A model generated the notes under the pieces. The model did no database searches, had not been told where the DNA came from, and saw only the letters and a program-made list of their open reading frames with translations. This document shows, piece after piece, positions 1 through 11,108 of a stretch of 64,000 nucleotides of DNA. Each line of letters starts with the position of its first letter. Within the stretch, counting starts at the first letter, position 1. Both the position numbers and the translations under genes were made by a program. Source of the stretch: Eukaryota sp. TZLM1-RC (Eukaryota; Protista; Metamonada: BaSk clade); NCBI GenBank assembly GCA_040285825.1, contig JAUPSS010000003.1, positions 1,798,001 to 1,862,000 on the forward strand, read 5' to 3'.

Positions 1-478
1 AAATCGTAGAAAATACCATTATCTGATAAGGATAAGTCCAAAAAGTCGAGCATTCTATTGACAGGAATACATTCTTCATACTCATTGAAAAATTCAATTG
101 GATTATCAATAGGATTAGATTTAAGACGACAATCTTCTAATACCAATAAATCTTCTACTACTAATGACCTCATTATTTTGAAACGAGTTAACAGCTCGTG
201 ACGAAGATGTTGTTTTCCCTCTTTTATTACGTAATTGATAAGTAATTCCAACTGCTGTGAAGATAATGACTGATCACTAGTACCCAATTGATTGACAATG
301 GCCATTATGTTGTTGCCAATTTTTTGTTCTATATATTTTTTATGCTTCTTTGGTAATTTGGGTTTGACTCTGATTACAATTTCAATCAATGTATTCCATT
401 CTGTATGACATTGATTTTGTTCTGCAACTTGTTCCTTCTTGTCATCTTCTGCATCCTTTTTTGGAATTTCCTGAAGAG
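1..478 (-). other. Open reading frame running off the window edge (LQEIPKKDAEDDKKEQ...YQIMVFSTI); gene fragment or degenerate repeat-family remnant
   Basis: Manual translation of the minus strand gives about 158 codons without a stop up to position 1; no recognisable motif and no confident start codon. Confidence 0.25.
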
Positions 479-601
479 CATTGAGTGTTGAAGTTGAGAA
501 ATTAAAGTTGCAACAAAATTACATTTCAGAGAAAGTACATCCCAAACTTTATTAAACTACATATCTAAACTGTATCCACTACCTATCCTACCTTATTCCA
601 G

Positions 602-1385
602 ATGAGTCTTTTTATTGGCAGATTAACCCACGACATCAGGGAGGCAGATGTCAGGGAAGCTTTCGACAAGTTCGGAGAAATTACTCGTTGTGACCTAAGA
701 GGCAGCTTCGGCTTTGTCACCTTTAAAGAAGATTCACAAGCAGAGAAGTGCATCGATGAGTATCACGAGCGCCCTCTAATGCCCGGTGGATCACGAATTG
801 CCGTGGAATGGGCTAAGAGCTCTCCTCGCTACAATGGCTCTTCCGGTCCAGCTCGTCGTTCCTCTGGAGGTCCAAGAGGAGGATGCTACAAGTGTTTGTT
901 TAAATTATACACTCATTACAGGCGGTAGTACTAGTCACTATGTACGAGATTGTCCTGAAGAACGTTTTGCCCGTGACCGTCGCAGGTCACCCTCTCCTCC
1001 TTACCGTCGTTCTCGCTATGAAGATAGGTACGATGATCGTCGCCCTCGTTATGACGACCGGCGTTCTCGCTATGAAGATAGATACGATGATCGTCGCCCT
1101 CGTTTTGATGATAGAGAATATAGAGATCGCAGTCCCGTAAGAGGCCCTAGTCCCAGACGCTGGAGTCCTGATCGTGATGATCGCAGAAGAGCCGATACTG
1201 GTCATCGCTCTCCGCCTAGAGGACGTTCTCCACCTCCCAGATCTCCTCCTCTACGACGTGAGTCTCCTCGCTTTGAAGATCGCCCTCAGAGTCCAGCTTG
1301 GGGTTCTGGACAACAGGATTACGGTCTCAAGCGCGGCTCTGGTATAGATAATCAACCTGAAGAAAAACGTCCTCGCGAAGATTAG
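602..1385 (+). CDS. SR splicing factor, SRSF7/9G8/RSZ type (RRM + CCHC knuckle + RS/RD tail); exons 602-893, 922-1385
   Basis: N-terminal RRM (LFIGRL, GSFGFVTF, RIAVEWAK). Removing the 28-nt GT..AG intron 894-921 joins the ORFs and restores C-YK-C-GSTS-H-YVRD-C; Arg/Ser/Asp-rich tail. Confidence 0.92.
894..921 (+). other. Spliceosomal intron, 28 nt
   Basis: GTTTGTTTAAATTATACACTCATTACAG; removal restores the zinc knuckle and the reading frame. Confidence 0.9.
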
Positions 1386-2123
1386 CTTTCCCCCATTTTG
1401 TTCTTTCTGTAGATGCTCCTAATTATAAAAGTCTGTATTTTGCCATGCTGCCAGAAACACTCTGGAGACCAATGCCCGCTTTGTCTCTGTCTTATTGTTT
1501 GTCCATCATTTATTTAATTGTGTAAATATTTTTTCAGTCTGTCCATTGTTCTATGAGCTTGTCAAACGTTATGTTTAACGGAATTTATAAAGTTGCCATA
1601 GAATTTTTATTTTGTTGTCTGGACTTCTCACTATCGTTGATTACGCTTGTTAATTCAATGACTGAAGTTTTAGCAATAAATTGATCCTTTGTGTAGGTCC
1701 AATATTTAATACTAATGATTGGACATCACTTGTTTTTTCAATAATATTGTTCTAAGTGGATTAATGTAACATGATACTCAAAAAAACGAAAGCCCTTTAT
1801 CCTCAACGTCTACCTTTTTGGCATCAGAACCTGTTATTAAATGTCAATGTTATTAAATGGTTTATTAGCTTGCAATTGTCAGAATTATAAATCCAGTAAC
1901 AATGGCTCAACAAAGCGTTTCAATAGAAATAAACTGGTTTGTCTGAATATGGTTGCAATAGGTGAAGCCAGAATGAGTGGTAATGAAAAGCCTCAGTATT
2001 TCAGTAGTATAATGTATTTGTAATTATTCCACACTTATGGAGAATTTCCCAAAGAATTCTGCACACTTGACACATAGATAATGTCACGGAAATCATCAGT
2101 ATTTTAGCAATCTTATTTCTTCT

Positions 2124-3165
2124 TATTAAACTCTTTCACCCAATATTTGGGCTAAATGTTTCCCCTCCGATATTGTGGAACTTCCTTCAAGAAGCTTGCT
2201 CTCCTTACCACTGACTTTTGCAAAATTGCAGAAAAAAATCTTGAAAGTTTTAGAAAACTTGGACTATATTGTACGTCTTAGCTTGGCTAAAGAAAAAAAT
2301 CCCGTTTTTGCAAACTTTTTGATTGATCTTGAAGACAGTTGCTCATGTTGCCTAATCTCCCAAATTCCCAACATTTATGGCCTTCTACTTAATGATCACC
2401 AATGGACCACTGCAATGAGAATGAGGTGTTTTCTATGGCCTTGTTCATTACCAAATGATTGAATTTGTCGCTGCAAGAGTGTTGTTACGCTTTCCCATAT
2501 TTTAAACTGTAAGTATTTTATAACTTATCGCTCAATTGTTCATGACTCAGTTCGTGATCAATTATATGCCATGTGCAAAAGTTTCAATATAGAAGCATTT
2601 TTTGAGCCACTAGTACGTAAGCTGTCTTCAGATCAAACTGATGATTCCTTTGGTAAAAGAAGGGCAGATTTAGTAGTTCCAGGGATCCATGGTGTTCTCA
2701 ATGTTGTAGATGTTGTCTCAGTTGATGTTTGCAAAAATTCTGCTGCTCGTTTAGTGTATTCCGCTGATTCGCCGTTATCTAACGCCGAAAAACAGAAGAT
2801 AAAAAAATATGAAGAACCTTTGGCACAGTTAGGTAGAGTGGAACATGTGAAATATCAGTTTGTGTCATTGGCAATTGCTCTTTTTGGCAATATTGGATCT
2901 TCAGGGTTGCACTTTTTTGAAAATTTTAAAAAAGTGTTACTGAATAGGTCTGGTAAAACAATGAACTCCGCTTTCTGGTTAAATAGAATTGTTTTTTGCA
3001 TTTTCAAGTCTATTCCAACAATGATTTCAAAGGCACTTTTAGCTATTGGTGTAGAATATGAACGTAATGCTGTGAGTAGGTTCAGTAATAGTGACGCTTG
3101 TTTGGAGGATATTGAATTCTAGATGGGTTTTTTTATCTCAATAAATATTCCAGTTTTAAAAAAAA
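2124..3165 (+). mobile_element. Non-LTR retrotransposon (RLE type, family A), 5'-truncated, short poly(A), 9-bp TSD
   Basis: CCHC (CRC..H..C), RADLVV..VVDVVSVD..AEKQKIKKY RLE motifs, ends DACLEDIEF; premature TGA at about 2460; AATAAA then an A-run; ATTTCTTCT at 2115-2123 and 3166-3174. Confidence 0.88.
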
Positions 3166-3837
3166 ATTTCTTCTGTAATGAAATATTCTTGGACTTTCTG
3201 ATTGCACCTTTCTCAGAACTTTTTTACTCACATTCAGCAGCAATGATAGATACTTTTACCATGTGTGTGTAAACTGAAAATTCACGTTTTGTTTGTCTTC
3301 AGTTATTATGAGATGGTGATTGTCACGTCCACTTGAAACACGTGTTAAACCTGAATTGATTCATTAAAGTACACTTTCTGCTGAATACAACAACACTGCT
3401 GACTGACCGACAATCAATTAAGTGTAATGAAAGAAGTGTTGATGTCTGTTGAGAACGAGGCCACAGAACATAATCACACTGTCGAAGCAGCAATTCCAAT
3501 AATATGAGAGAACCAGTAATGCTATATAATGTAAAGTAGACAGCATCACGAACTTTTTGTATATATGTTGTTATTTTGATGATATCACCACCTTTTGGTA
3601 TCTATATTCAAAGACATCGGTATGCTGAAGAGAGGTATTATTTGTAGTCTAAATTTCTTCAATGAACAGTCCATCTCTAATTGGAGAAATCATTGATTAT
3701 GGTGATTCTCGCATAATTCTTGACATGTAGAAATACATGTAGAATTCAGCAAAATGACCAAAAAATACTTTTTTAAAAGGAATATCAAGCCAGATTTAAC
3801 CTCTTTTATTTTCACATCTCGAAATTTTACAAATGAT

Positions 3838-5443
3838 CTATTCATCGTCTTGCATCTGTTCAATCTGTTCCAACCATTGCTGCATCCAAGGATTGTTCAT
3901 GGGAGGGAAGGTGCCTGGGAACTGTTGACCATTGTTTTGGTTTTGCATCTGTTGCATCATCCAAAAGAGCATCATCTTCTTTTTCCATCCCTTCTTATGA
4001 CCACAGCCACCACCACAGCCGCCACAACCTCCACAACCCTTCTTCATACCCATCATCATCATGCCACCACCACAGCAGCACTTTTTCTTTTTCTTTGGCA
4101 TACATGGACACAGGGCTACGTTCCATCGAGTTACACCTAGTTGGTGACCATTAATGAAAGCATAAGTTTTGATTCTTTGAATTGGTGCCAGTGCAGTTCC
4201 CAGATCAGAAAGCCCATTATCAAAGAAGTTACCATTATCAAAAAGATCGTCTTCATCATTAGGTAAGAGACCAGGGAAAGTAAAAGGATGAACAAATGGA
4301 TTACAGCGTTTGGTGAAGAAAGTTACATTGAAAGTAACAGAGGTTCCCGGCAGAACATTGGTGAATCTTCTTGGTTGAATGAAAACCATATCACTAGGTG
4401 CTCCTAGTCGGAGAGTGACATTAACAGGACCTTCGAGTACCTGTTCTTCAGGAGGAACTTGTTGAATGAAGCTAATGATAGCAGCAGCAACTTGAGCAGG
4501 ATCTGATTCTTCGGTTACAGGGAAAACTCCACCAAAACCAAGTTCATCAACTAAATCTTCATAAATTTCAACGACTGGAGGAGTAACCAAAAAGAGAGGT
4601 TCCATGTTATTATCCAAAAGAGCTTCCTGAACTTGTTGAACTGTAGGATAGTCTTGTTCAGGGTCAATTGTTGGTCCTGGAACATTGGGTTGAACACAAA
4701 CAGGATTGGCTTGGAAGAGGATACAATTGGGATCTTCATGATAAGGAGCATCAGTGACGATAATCTGGATTCTTGAGGCAACTTGATTTTCAGGAACTTG
4801 ATTGTTGGGGGTGAAACCAAAGTCTTCAGCATTGAAAGCAATGTGCTCCATGGCAATCAATTGTGCTTCTGGAATATCACCACCGCTTCCAGTAACGATG
4901 GCATTGACAGCAGCTTCCCATGTGTCAGGATCATTGGTCAGAGGGGCATAAAGTTCAAAAGTGGTATCCGTAGGAGCACCAAAAGGTTGGTGAAGCTTGT
5001 CCATATATGTAGAGACACCAAATCTGAGATTGGGAAACTCATCGTAAACGATTTCTGAGGCAGCAATTATCAGTTGCTGAATTTGTGGAAGAACATCTGT
5101 GAAAGACTCTGTGACGTCCATAGAAAGCATAACTTCGGGTAAGATATCGATATCAATCGGAGGTTCAACATCATCTGGAACAGTGACAGTAACGTTCATC
5201 CGTAGAGGATCCAGACAACCCACAATAATATCTGCTTCTTGGGGCTGAGATTAGAACCAAAGGTAGGAAACAAACATCAACAGCATTGTCTCCTTCAACA
5301 ACATTCACAATGCGGGAATCACATCCAGGTATACACCTTTTCTTCATGTATGGATGGTGCGCATGACCAAAAGGATTATAGAAGTGAGCATCACAAAGCT
5401 GTAGCACTATGGCCACGACAACAACTATGCAGAATAGACGCAT
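3838..5443 (-). CDS. Secreted vWA protein with integrin beta-I-like domain and Cys/Gly/Lys/Met-rich tail; exons 5443-5276, 5244-3838
   Basis: Signal peptide MRLFCIVVVVAIVLQLCDA; 31-nt GTTTGTT..CTAAT..CAG intron joins the ORFs in frame; motifs MDVTES (MIDAS), RFGVSTYMDK, GGDIPEAQL, IIVTDAPYH, QDYPTVQQVQEALLDNNMEPLFLVT parallel the integrin beta I domain. Confidence 0.8.
5245..5275 (-). other. Spliceosomal intron, 31 nt
   Basis: GTTTGTTTCCTACCTTTGGTTCTAATCTCAG on the minus strand; removal fuses the signal-peptide ORF to the vWA ORF. Confidence 0.88.
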
Positions 5444-5802
5444 TGAACAACTGAGGGTAATTCGAGCACACTCTCCTTAAGAGCTTGCATCTACAGTGTC
5501 TGTAGATACCACATCTACAGTGATTGATTTGAGAAAAGAATTGATTTGTCATGAAATTCTGGTAGATACAGATAAGGATGAAGGATTCTTCTGCACATGC
5601 CTCACCCGGGTCATCTTTACAACCTTTTGTGGCAACTGTGGCAGAAGATCGACGTGGTTCTGGTTCGATAAATTGAATTTGACAAAAAAATATTATCCAA
5701 GTTTCAATAAGTCTGCTTTGAAATCCATCATTACGAAATCAATGTTAAACATAGTGGACAAGAGACCTAGAGACTATGATGGACTCAAAATTTTAAAACA
5801 GT

Positions 5803-6477
5803 TTAATCAATATCTTTACTTCCAAAATTTGTAATGTAGTCTGAAACAAGACAATAGATACCATATTGATCAATTTGCATTCTATGCAAATGCTCACTAG
5901 AAGGAGAGTTGACGAGCTGCAAAAAACGCCGGAATAGTTTTTCTCCAATAAAATAAACACCCCAATTGATCAACCATGAAGGGACAAACATTGAAGGGTT
6001 CACTCCTAATATGGCTGCGGAAATCCTGAACTTTGAGGAAGATTCAGTAGTAAGTTTAAGGGCAATAGTCTCGATGTATCCATCAACAAATTGTTTATCT
6101 TGCTTCTCGGCATAAATACCTTTCGCCAAGGCCCCAACCATGGTATTACCGGGCTCATAAACAAGTTGAAGATGAAGTCGAAATCTTCGTGGTTTGAATA
6201 CTGGTAGCTTGATAGCAAATTCTATGGTGAGATCTAGAGGATGTGACATCTCAACCACTCTGGCAAACGTAACACAATCAAAATGTTGAGGCCAAAGATC
6301 TACTTCATAGAGAACAGATATCATGTTATGAAGACTACCAGTAACAACAGCATCCACCTGAACATCGTGGTGTAGTGAACGCCTATATCTTATAGCTATG
6401 TCTCCCTTATCCAACAGAACTGAAAAGTTGCTAGAATCTGTAAATATAGCTGCAATACATTGGCGAAGGCTCGCCAT
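5803..6477 (-). CDS. START/SRPBCC lipid-binding domain protein
   Basis: 224 aa ORF; pattern VLYEVDLWPQH..KLPVFKPR..NPSMFVPSWLINW typical of START domains. Confidence 0.72.
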   Translation of the reverse strand: MASLRQCIAAIFTDSSNFSVLLDKGDIAIRYRRSLHHDVQVDAVVTGSLHNMISVLYEVDLWPQHFDCVTFARVVEMSHPLDLTIEFAIKLPVFKPRRFRLHLQLVYEPGNTMVGALAKGIYAEKQDKQFVDGYIETIALKLTTESSSKFRISAAILGVNPSMFVPSWLINWGVYFIGEKLFRRFLQLVNSPSSEHLHRMQIDQYGIYCLVSDYITNFGSKDID

Positions 6478-6520
6478 TCTTATAGATGTTGTCTATAAGA
6501 ATGGAATAAGTGTCCTTTAC
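6474..6520 (-). promoter_or_regulatory. Upstream cassette family 1, copy a (AAAGGACAC box + perfect 13-bp hairpin covering the ATG)
   Basis: Sense strand: GTAAAGGACACTTATT CCATTCTTATAGA caaca TCTATAAGAATGG; homologous to copies at 54438, 57521 and 63948. Confidence 0.75.
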
Positions 6521-6849
6521 ACTGATGAAAAAGATGGAAAGGGACCTTGTTGTTTTTGAAAGATTTCTTTTTTGATGCAACTTTTGTTTTGATACTGTCT
6601 TTTAAGCGAAATTGATTTGACGATATTCTTCAATTTCATGCCATGTTGAAAACAGTATTTCTAATAGCATCATGTAAAGAAGAACGCCAAGCCATCAATT
6701 TAGAAAAACTGAGAGCATGACACAAGGTGACGTGGAGAGACTCCAACAGACATATTTTTCATTTAATAAGGATTGCTCAATTGGAATATTTGAATGGATT
6801 ATCATTTAGTTTAATCATAAGTTTTGTTATAAGCACATAATTTCTTTTC

Positions 6850-8850
6850 AACTATTTTTATTGATCTAAAATTCTATCTCAAATTCAATATCCTCCAAAC
6901 AAGCGTCACAGTTACTAAACCTACTCAAAGCATTTCGTTCATATTCCACACCAATAACTAAAAGAGCTTTAGAAATCATTGTTGGAATGGACTTGAAAAC
7001 GCAAACAACCATTCTATTTAACCAAAAAGTGTTTTTTTTCAGAATTCTTATTTTCAACGCTAACAAAACATTAAAAAAACTAAAACACAATATCCTCAAT
7101 ACACGCATCAACATCATCAAATTTCTTCAGTGCGCGATTCTCATACTCTATTCCTAATTGTAACAGTGCTTTGGTTATCATTTCGGGAATTGCTTTAAGA
7201 ATACTGAAAACAATTCTGTTGTGCCAGAAATTAAAGTTCAATATTTTTCCCACTCTTTCTTTTATTGAACTTCTGAAACCTTCGAGAAATTTAATGCCAG
7301 ATATTCCAATGTTACCAAAAAGAGAAACAGCAAATGGAACCAGCTGATACTTGACATGCTCAACACGTCCTTGCTGAGATAAGGGTTCATTGTACTTTTT
7401 GATTTTGCTCTTTTCAGCAAAGCAGAGCGTAGTTTCATCTTTTTTAGCAAAATCAAAAAGCGGAATTCATTTTTTTACGAGATCTATTTTGGAACACTTT
7501 CTTAAAATTTTGAAAAAAAGTGTAATCCTGAAGGACAAAAATTGCCAAAAAGAGAAATTGCAAACGGTACAAACTGATATTTCACATGTTCCACTCTACC
7601 TTACTGTGCCAAAGGTTCTTCATATTTTTTTTAATTTTCCTTTTTTCGGCGTTAAATAGTGGCGAATCAGCAGAATACACCGAACGAACAGCAGAATTTT
7701 TACAGACATCTACTGAGACAGCATCCACAACGTTAAGAGCACCGTCGATCCTTGGAGCTACTAAATCTGCCCTTCTTTTACCAAAGGAATTGTCAGTTTG
7801 ATCTGGAGATTGCTTATGTACTGAAGGATCAATAAAAGCCTCAATATTAAACTTTTACCCATAGCATATAATTGATCACGAACTGAATCATGAACAATTG
7901 AGCTATAGGTAATAAAATACTTGCAGTTTAAAATATGAGAAAGCGTAACCACATTCTTGCAGCGACAAAGTAAATCATTTGGTAACGAACAAGGCCATAA
8001 GAAACATCTCATTCTCATAGTGGTGGTACATAAAGGCGATAAATGTTGGGAATTTGAGAGGTTAGGCAACTTGAGCAGCTGTCTTTAAGATCAATCAAAA
8101 AGTTTCCAAAAACGGGATTTCGTTCTTTAACCAAGCCAAGACGTACAATAGAATCCAAGTTTTCTAAAACCTTTAAGATTGTTTTCTGCAATTTTGCAAA
8201 CGTCAGTGGTAAGGAGAGCAAGCTCCTTGGAGGAAGTTCCACAAAATCAGAGGGAAAACATTTAGACCAGATATTTGATGAAAGAGTTTCAATTTCCTGT
8301 TGCAAAGAAATAAGATAAGAGCTGCCACAGTTTTCAATGAGATCAATATTTTCTGGAAGGCGATTCACAAATTCAAGGATAAAATTTTTACCATCTCAGC
8401 AACACCAAAAACTGTACCACACTAAATGTGGCTTCGTAATTGAGATGCATCAATTTCTAATAATGTTGCAAAACAATTGGTCCTTTGTTCATCAAAAATA
8501 CGACAAAATTCCAAAGAAATTGATGGTGATGTTGATCTCAAAACATGAGTAACTTTCCAGAATAACAAATTTTTAGGAAACAGAATTTCCAATGTTTTTC
8601 AATTTTTTAATTTTCTATTGATTCTACTTCATTTCCAAATTGAGTCAACAGAATCGAAAGTTGGCTTTTGACATCATCAATATTTTCGAGATAACAACCC
8701 AAGAAACGAAAACCAGACTGATCATAATTGATGAAGGGGACATTGCCATCATTAATGAAAAATCAATTGGATCATGGCCAAGACAGACATTTGGAGATAT
8801 TGAATGAAAGACCAATATCTTCATAACGCTGTTGAATAAAAGTTGCTATT
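6850..8850 (-). mobile_element. Degenerate mosaic of family A (and related) RLE non-LTR retrotransposon fragments
   Basis: Fragments matching 2175-3122 and 37232-38942 (WPCSLPNDLLCRC, KCFPSDFVELP, DACLEDIEF) with many frameshifts and deletions. Confidence 0.82.
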
Positions 8851-9454
8851 TTTAAGCACATAACTGAGAGCTTGAAGGCACAATTATCTTAATTAAACAT
8901 ACAGCTACTTCCATTAACAATGAGTGAACTTTTTTATAGCAATCATAAAGTTTGTTTTTAACAAATTCCATGAATTCATAATTTAGATGTCGTTCAGATT
9001 AAATTGCATAGATATAGTTGAAGCCAGTGAAGGTGATGTGATGTGATACTGATGGTTACCGTGAATGTGACCAAAATTATCGGTAGTGTTGATAATTTGT
9101 GTGAGATAATAGCAGTTGACCAATAGGATATTCACTGCTCCCAATGGAAGGAACAATAGAAACTGTGGACAAACAACATAATAAATTCTATAAGAAAGCT
9201 AAAGAAAAATGGATTTATAATAATGAAAGGATTAAAATGAGAGCAAGAGTGAATTTTTATCAAAAAAACTGTGGAACAAAAGACAAAAAACAATTTTCCC
9301 ATATTGGAGCCTGTTGCTTCAATGTTGAATTATGAGTGAAGAAGTAGCAAGGATTCATAACCACATTGATGTTTGAAGTGAAATGGATGAATGATTTTGG
9401 AAAGAAGCTTAAAGGTTCGGGAATGAATGTTGGATATCAACATTTCATTTTCTC

Positions 9455-10756
9455 ATGCTTTTTGAATTTGCACCTCTTCATCAGGGCCCTATACCTGTCT
9501 TTGATTGTTCTGATGCCTTTCCTTTAATCATTGAGTATGAGGACCTTAAATTAATCAATATGGACCTCTCCGGTTCTGATTCATCAAAGCAGCAGTTTAT
9601 CAAGCGACAATCTGAAGCCCACCACAAACTCAATGGCCTTCGTCGTATTCTTAAACGTCGAGCTTTCTGCTCTTTTGATTTTGGTAAAAGTTATGACACT
9701 TATAAATTAAATGACCAGTTTATTGATACCCAAACTCAACTGCCAGACTCACTCTACGCTACCTCTTCCTGGCTCTTCCATAATATCCAAGACGATCATC
9801 ATCTGGACCTAGTTCCTGCTGAGAGACCAGCCTCTCCCAACATAACTATTAACGGTATTGATCCAAACGCAACTCAAGATACAGAATCTTCATCAGAGAG
9901 TGAATCGTCCGAAGATGAAGTGAATCAACCTGAAAAGCCCAAACCTGAAGAAACTCAACCTCAACCTCAACCAGAAGCTCAAGCGTCGCCAGTGGTGGAA
10001 AAGAAAAAGAAGGAAACGCCTTTGGAAAGAGCGGAGAGGGCTATAGGGGAATTGCAATCATATTTGGAAGAGTTTTTCATAACTGAATTCAATGAAAAAG
10101 TTATTAATTCACCAAGTTTTTCAACAATAAGTCGTCAGTTAAGGTATTGTACCAAGGAAGGCAAGAATCAAATCATTACTAAAATAGGAAAGTTGTTCAA
10201 TCAATCAACACCCAGTTTGATTGAAGAATCTCTTAAAAAGATCGCCAATGATTATAATGTGAATCGAAGTCGATCATTTTACGAATCCAGCGTTAAGAGT
10301 TTCCTAGACCGAATTAATGAAAAATTTCAATTACCTTTTGGAGAATTTTTCGATTCAGTGACATTTAAACAATTTCAAAAACTGAAATCTGCTTTAATTA
10401 AATACAATCAAGCTGTTGCTCAGTCAAACGGTCAGAATCCTGAAGACTCCATCGACTCGAGAAGAAAGTTGCTGTCTTCTCAGATAATAAACTACATTGC
10501 CGGCAAAATTTCAAATCCTGATACCCGGCATTGGGCAAGCTCTCTTTCAAATGAGGTGCTTGTTGCAGAACTAGCAGGTGATGATACCGGACCTCCAAGG
10601 AAGAGAAAGGCGGTTTCTTCAGTGTCACCAGAAGCTAAGCGTACAAATTCTGGTAAGGAAAAAGAGAATCACAAAGAGAAGGAAGAGGTGACAAGAGAAG
10701 AAAGCAAGAAGGAAAGTGAGGTAGTTGAAGTGGAGATTATTGATGTCTTGGATTAG
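9455..10756 (+). CDS. Hypothetical nuclear protein; weak Hpc2/ubinuclein HRD-like motif
   Basis: 433 aa ORF; YKLNDQFIDT resembles the HRD YDxxDxFID core; acidic and basic NLS-like tracts (PRKRK). Function uncertain. Confidence 0.65.
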   Translation: MLFEFAPLHQGPIPVFDCSDAFPLIIEYEDLKLINMDLSGSDSSKQQFIKRQSEAHHKLNGLRRILKRRAFCSFDFGKSYDTYKLNDQFIDTQTQLPDSLYATSSWLFHNIQDDHHLDLVPAERPASPNITINGIDPNATQDTESSSESESSEDEVNQPEKPKPEETQPQPQPEAQASPVVEKKKKETPLERAERAIGELQSYLEEFFITEFNEKVINSPSFSTISRQLRYCTKEGKNQIITKIGKLFNQSTPSLIEESLKKIANDYNVNRSRSFYESSVKSFLDRINEKFQLPFGEFFDSVTFKQFQKLKSALIKYNQAVAQSNGQNPEDSIDSRRKLLSSQIINYIAGKISNPDTRHWASSLSNEVLVAELAGDDTGPPRKRKAVSSVSPEAKRTNSGKEKENHKEKEEVTREESKKESEVVEVEIIDVLD

Positions 10757-11108
10757 ATGGGTTATATGTTTTTTTGGTTTGTGGGTTGTTTGGGTTTATG
10801 AAATGTAGTTTTTTCCATCTCAACTGTTTTTGTTTTTAGGTATTTTTTTGTTTCAGTAGGTACTTAAGCGCCAACAATACATTTTGTATATAGTTATTTT
10901 TTTTCAATACCAAGCTTCATATTTGCTTTACTCTGGTATTTCAATCTTTGATTAACAAATGTATCAAACGCAGCTCTTTCAAATACGGTTTACTGACTGC
11001 CTGTTGCTGGTGACAAAGACAATGGTAACTATATAGATTCAAGTGAATAGCCCTAGAGACAATACTAATTTGGTTCTGATAAAACTTTTTCTTACATACA
11101 CAAATATA

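Noticed and set aside
1007-1105. Direct repeat in the SR gene; also short repeats at about 43190-43250, 43400-43450 and 43940-43990
   Set aside because: In-frame coding repeats of low-complexity protein segments, not CRISPR or regulatory arrays.
6484-6520. Family 1 cassette as a 5'-UTR intron (GTAAAGG..TTATAG, 28 nt) or a spliced-leader relic
   Set aside because: Only copy a gives a neat 28-nt GT..AG. Copy c lacks the AG, the donors do not match GTTTG, and conservation with symmetry continues past the AG to the ATG. Not fully excluded without cDNA.
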